DNA from: Kudoa neothunni
Taxonomy: Eukaryota > Animalia > Cnidaria
Assembly: GCA_964304625.1 (NCBI GenBank)
Contig: OZ199840.1
Location: 2,530,787 to 2,594,786 of the forward strand
Direction: 5' to 3'
DNA length: 64,000 bases
Made by a program: the position numbers and the translations under genes. The notes under the pieces were generated by a model. The model was given only the letters and a program-made list of their open reading frames with translations. It was not told the DNA's origin and searched no databases. Positions 60,884-64,000 of this stretch are shown here, one piece after another (position 1 is the stretch's first letter; every line of letters begins with the position of its first letter).

Positions 60884-63269
60884 CCCATTCAGGCTCCAAT
60901 CTTGTAATTTTTTTAATTAGATATATGATAAAAACAATCTAAAAATAAAATATCTGAATTTAAAAATTAAATTTTGTAATTAAACGTAAAATTAGGATTT
61001 AGTAATGTTTCGAAAACGAAACGCAAAACCTCCCGCGTGCGTTTTCTAAATAGAATAAATAGCGCATTATCAAATTTTGTGTTGAGAAACAAAATAAACA
61101 GCATAACTAATATAATGAAAAAGTCGAATAATCATTTATATTACCGATGAAATTTTCCGGAGCAAACAATATGAATAAAACAATTGCAGTTTTTACAAAG
61201 ATGAAGTGTGACATTCTTAAACATGATAAATCTATTACGGGTTTTGTTGGGATGTGAAATAATGCAAGAAGATCTACAAATTTTCGAGAAGTGTTATTTT
61301 GATATAGCGGATCTACATCCAATATTTACTCTTTCTTTTGGCTTAATAAGGGCCATGACAACTCGTCTTATATAGGCCAATAAGTCGAGTGAATTGTTGT
61401 TTACTTTACTTTAAAACCTCCCAGAACTGACTAAAGCCATAGATAACATATTTGTAAATATTGGCCAATATCACTTTTTAGAGCGGATTCTTATGCGTTA
61501 ACACGAAATACAATTATCAACTAAGTCCACTCCACCCATATGCTTGTTATAGTTATAAAAGAAGAATGGTTGATAGATACTGCGATTACATTTCTATTCT
61601 TTACAATAGAGAGTTATCCTTTGAGCTGGGTATGAATTATACTAGTTACTCATTAAAACCACAGATCTAGTGTCATTTCATTGAGTGCACACAATCTTTG
61701 ACTTGGTATATACGTAGGTTTCAAATTCTCCACGGGGTTGATTTTAAAACTTCTTAGGAAGTGTCAGTAGACATTTCGATAATCTGTTTTGTCTGACGGT
61801 TCCCCTACCATTAACTCCAATTTTTTAAGCTCGACAAATAGATTTAACGAGATGAAAAAACAATCGGAGAATACATTTAATGGACCCGTTTCTCTTACTT
61901 CATCTAAAAATTTTTTTCACAGCGCTGCCATCGAGACCAAGATCTTTATCATGGGAGGTTGATTTTCCAAGATAAAGAACGAAACTGTAGGTGTACTTGC
62001 TTGAAGCTGCCATAATCCATTGTTTAAACCCGAAGCGAATGGATTTGTTTTATAAAAACATTTTAACTGAATGACGCCCAATGTATGGAATCATTTGTTC
62101 GTCTATCGACATGTTTTTCTCAAAAATTGCACACATTATAAATGTAGAGTTCAGTTGGTGCATTAATGGACAAATTTTAAATACCTTTTCTTCTACGTTG
62201 ATATTTGCGTTATCGTTTAAATGTATGTATGTATTTCTTTATTAATTTTAATCCTTTATAATTCATAATTCTCTGAGTAATTTCAACGCCGGGATAAATT
62301 GGTGATTCCCAATACATATGCTGCCTTGGGGTGCATGGTAACCAGTGACAATTAAGATTCCAATGAGAGATTTATGCTCATCTACAGTTAAACGAAAATC
62401 ATGATCATTTTTTGAGGAGCATACAAGTTCTCTGTTTTACAATATGCAATAACAATCTATCATCGAAAAGTTTATGAAATAGCTCATATGATGATATATG
62501 GGAATCGGGTAAACCATTTAAATCCATTTGGTCCTATAATTGGGAACCTCTTGTTCATTTGATGAAACGTCTAAACAGTCTAGGTTGAAAGGTCGATAAA
62601 TCCCACGAGAAGAATTGACAACATCTTGACTCTCTGTTTCATTAAAAATAGAAGAAAATATTTCAACATCCCCACAAACTTCTGGTACATCTTGTATGTT
62701 GGTAACCTCAGACATTATTGGGGAGAAATTACTCTCTGCGTCTGTTAGTTCATCAACATCAGGAAGAAGAGTAACGATATCAATGAATTCATCATCTTCA
62801 ATTAACTCGTTATAATTGATTGCATCCAAAAGGTTTTTATAATACGTTTGCTCCATTTTAACTTGATGACGACCAGAAAGAGTTGTACTAATATGCCAAG
62901 TGTCAAGTTTAGCGTTTCGAAACATCGAAATTTGAACTATTTGATTTACTTTTAATGTTTTAATTTATGTACATTTTTTTCAAAATAATAAACGTTATTT
63001 GTGAATTATATTTATGTAGTAATAATGAACAAAGAAATATTTTTCAATGTGGTAGCATCAAAATATTAATTTGGCGATAAAAAACACAAAAAAGTGCAAA
63101 TATCTTGTAACAACATATAAACTAATTAATTTATTTTCTTTATTAAATTAAAAATAATTAGCATGTATTATTTAATATAAGTTTTCCTAAATAAATATAA
63201 TGTTTGCATTATTGAAAAGAACATGAAATTTAATCTTGTTTCAAAAACGAAACTCTAACATTGAATGGG
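60884..63269 (-). mobile_element. piggyBac (PGBD2/3-like clade), decayed transposase at ~61100-62860
   Basis: TTAA|CCCATTCA ... TGAATGGG|TTAA; MSIDEQMIPYIGRH, IRFGFKQW, YNKHMGGVDLVD. Confidence 0.9.
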
Positions 63270-63273
63270 TTAA

Positions 63274-63900
63274 AAGAGGCATTTTCTCCTAAAAACAACT
63301 AGATGCTCATCGAGCATCAAATCCTTATCTGGTTTAAAAAGTTCTAAAAATATTTGTTTCAGCATTCAAAAATACCTCTAATGAGGAGGAGCGTATTCAA
63401 CAATCTTCGAGCCTCGTTTTTTTCTAAATTATCGAAATAAATAATCCTAAAAATTTGAATAAACCCATTTAAAAAGATTAGCTTTGGAAAAATATCCCTT
63501 CCTTCTCAGTTTTCCAAAGGAATTGTCGCGATTCTAAATTAGATTTTTAAGGGAACATAGACGGGAAATCCAAATTAAACTAATAACTCTTGATTTATCG
63601 AATCTTTCAACAGATTGATTTAATTAAAGTCGCTGAACTTGTTATTTTATATAGCAGCTGAGAAAAGGCCAAACAACAAATATGCGGAATGTATCAATTA
63701 TGTAAGTTATCCTGCTCGAATTATAAGCAGCTATGTCCGAAAATCTTCGAATAATATTTTATTTAAAGTTTTTAAATATTTGAGGTTTCACAGAAGACCA
63801 ATTAACAGAATTTTTATCTTCGTCCATGTTTCGATAGAATGACTAATGTCGACTTTAGATCGAATTAATCAGGTCTATTTCTCATCTTAGCACGACGCGC
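63274..63900 (-). pseudogene. Very old piggyBac transposase remnant, target of the 60884-63269 insertion
   Basis: ELFKPDKDLMLDEHLVVFRRKCLF resembles the first catalytic motif xDEQLVxFRGRCxF. Confidence 0.6.
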
Positions 63901-64000
63901 AAGGATGGGATTATAGTAATCGTTAAGTTTATATATTTTTTTATAACGTTAATAATTTCCTCAAATACGTTTTTTGAATATATATATTGCAAAATAACTT

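Overview
AT-rich eukaryotic DNA made almost entirely of nested, mostly decayed transposable elements. No complete host gene, rRNA, intact tRNA or CRISPR array can be supported. Content: three IS630/Tc1-mariner elements (DD34E where the triad is visible), eight piggyBac elements or remnants (one with an intact 549-aa ORF, nested in a relative), two RepHel Helitrons plus a non-autonomous Helitron and extra Helitron termini, three very compact Ty3/Gypsy elements plus solo LTRs, two Merlin (IS1016/ISXO2-like) elements, two FLYWCH-MULE transposases, hAT (Buster-like) remnants, several MITEs and a possible tRNA-derived SINE. Most unusual observations: (i) a ~40-nt GT-AG intron at the same position in two Tc1-like transposases but absent from a third; (ii) ~4.1-kb Gypsy elements with 93-167-bp LTRs, one with coding sequence starting and ending inside the LTRs and another with a G_GGA_AAC + pseudoknot frameshift signal; (iii) a clean 174-nt exon with a TACTAAC branch point enclosed by inverted repeats beside a perfect 42-bp palindrome; (iv) a piggyBac whose asymmetric ends are reversed relative to its transposase; (v) a four-level nest Helitron > Helitron > MITE > Gypsy. 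The repertoire and tiny introns would fit a myxozoan or large-genome microsporidian, but the taxon is inference only. All coordinates and translations were read by eye.
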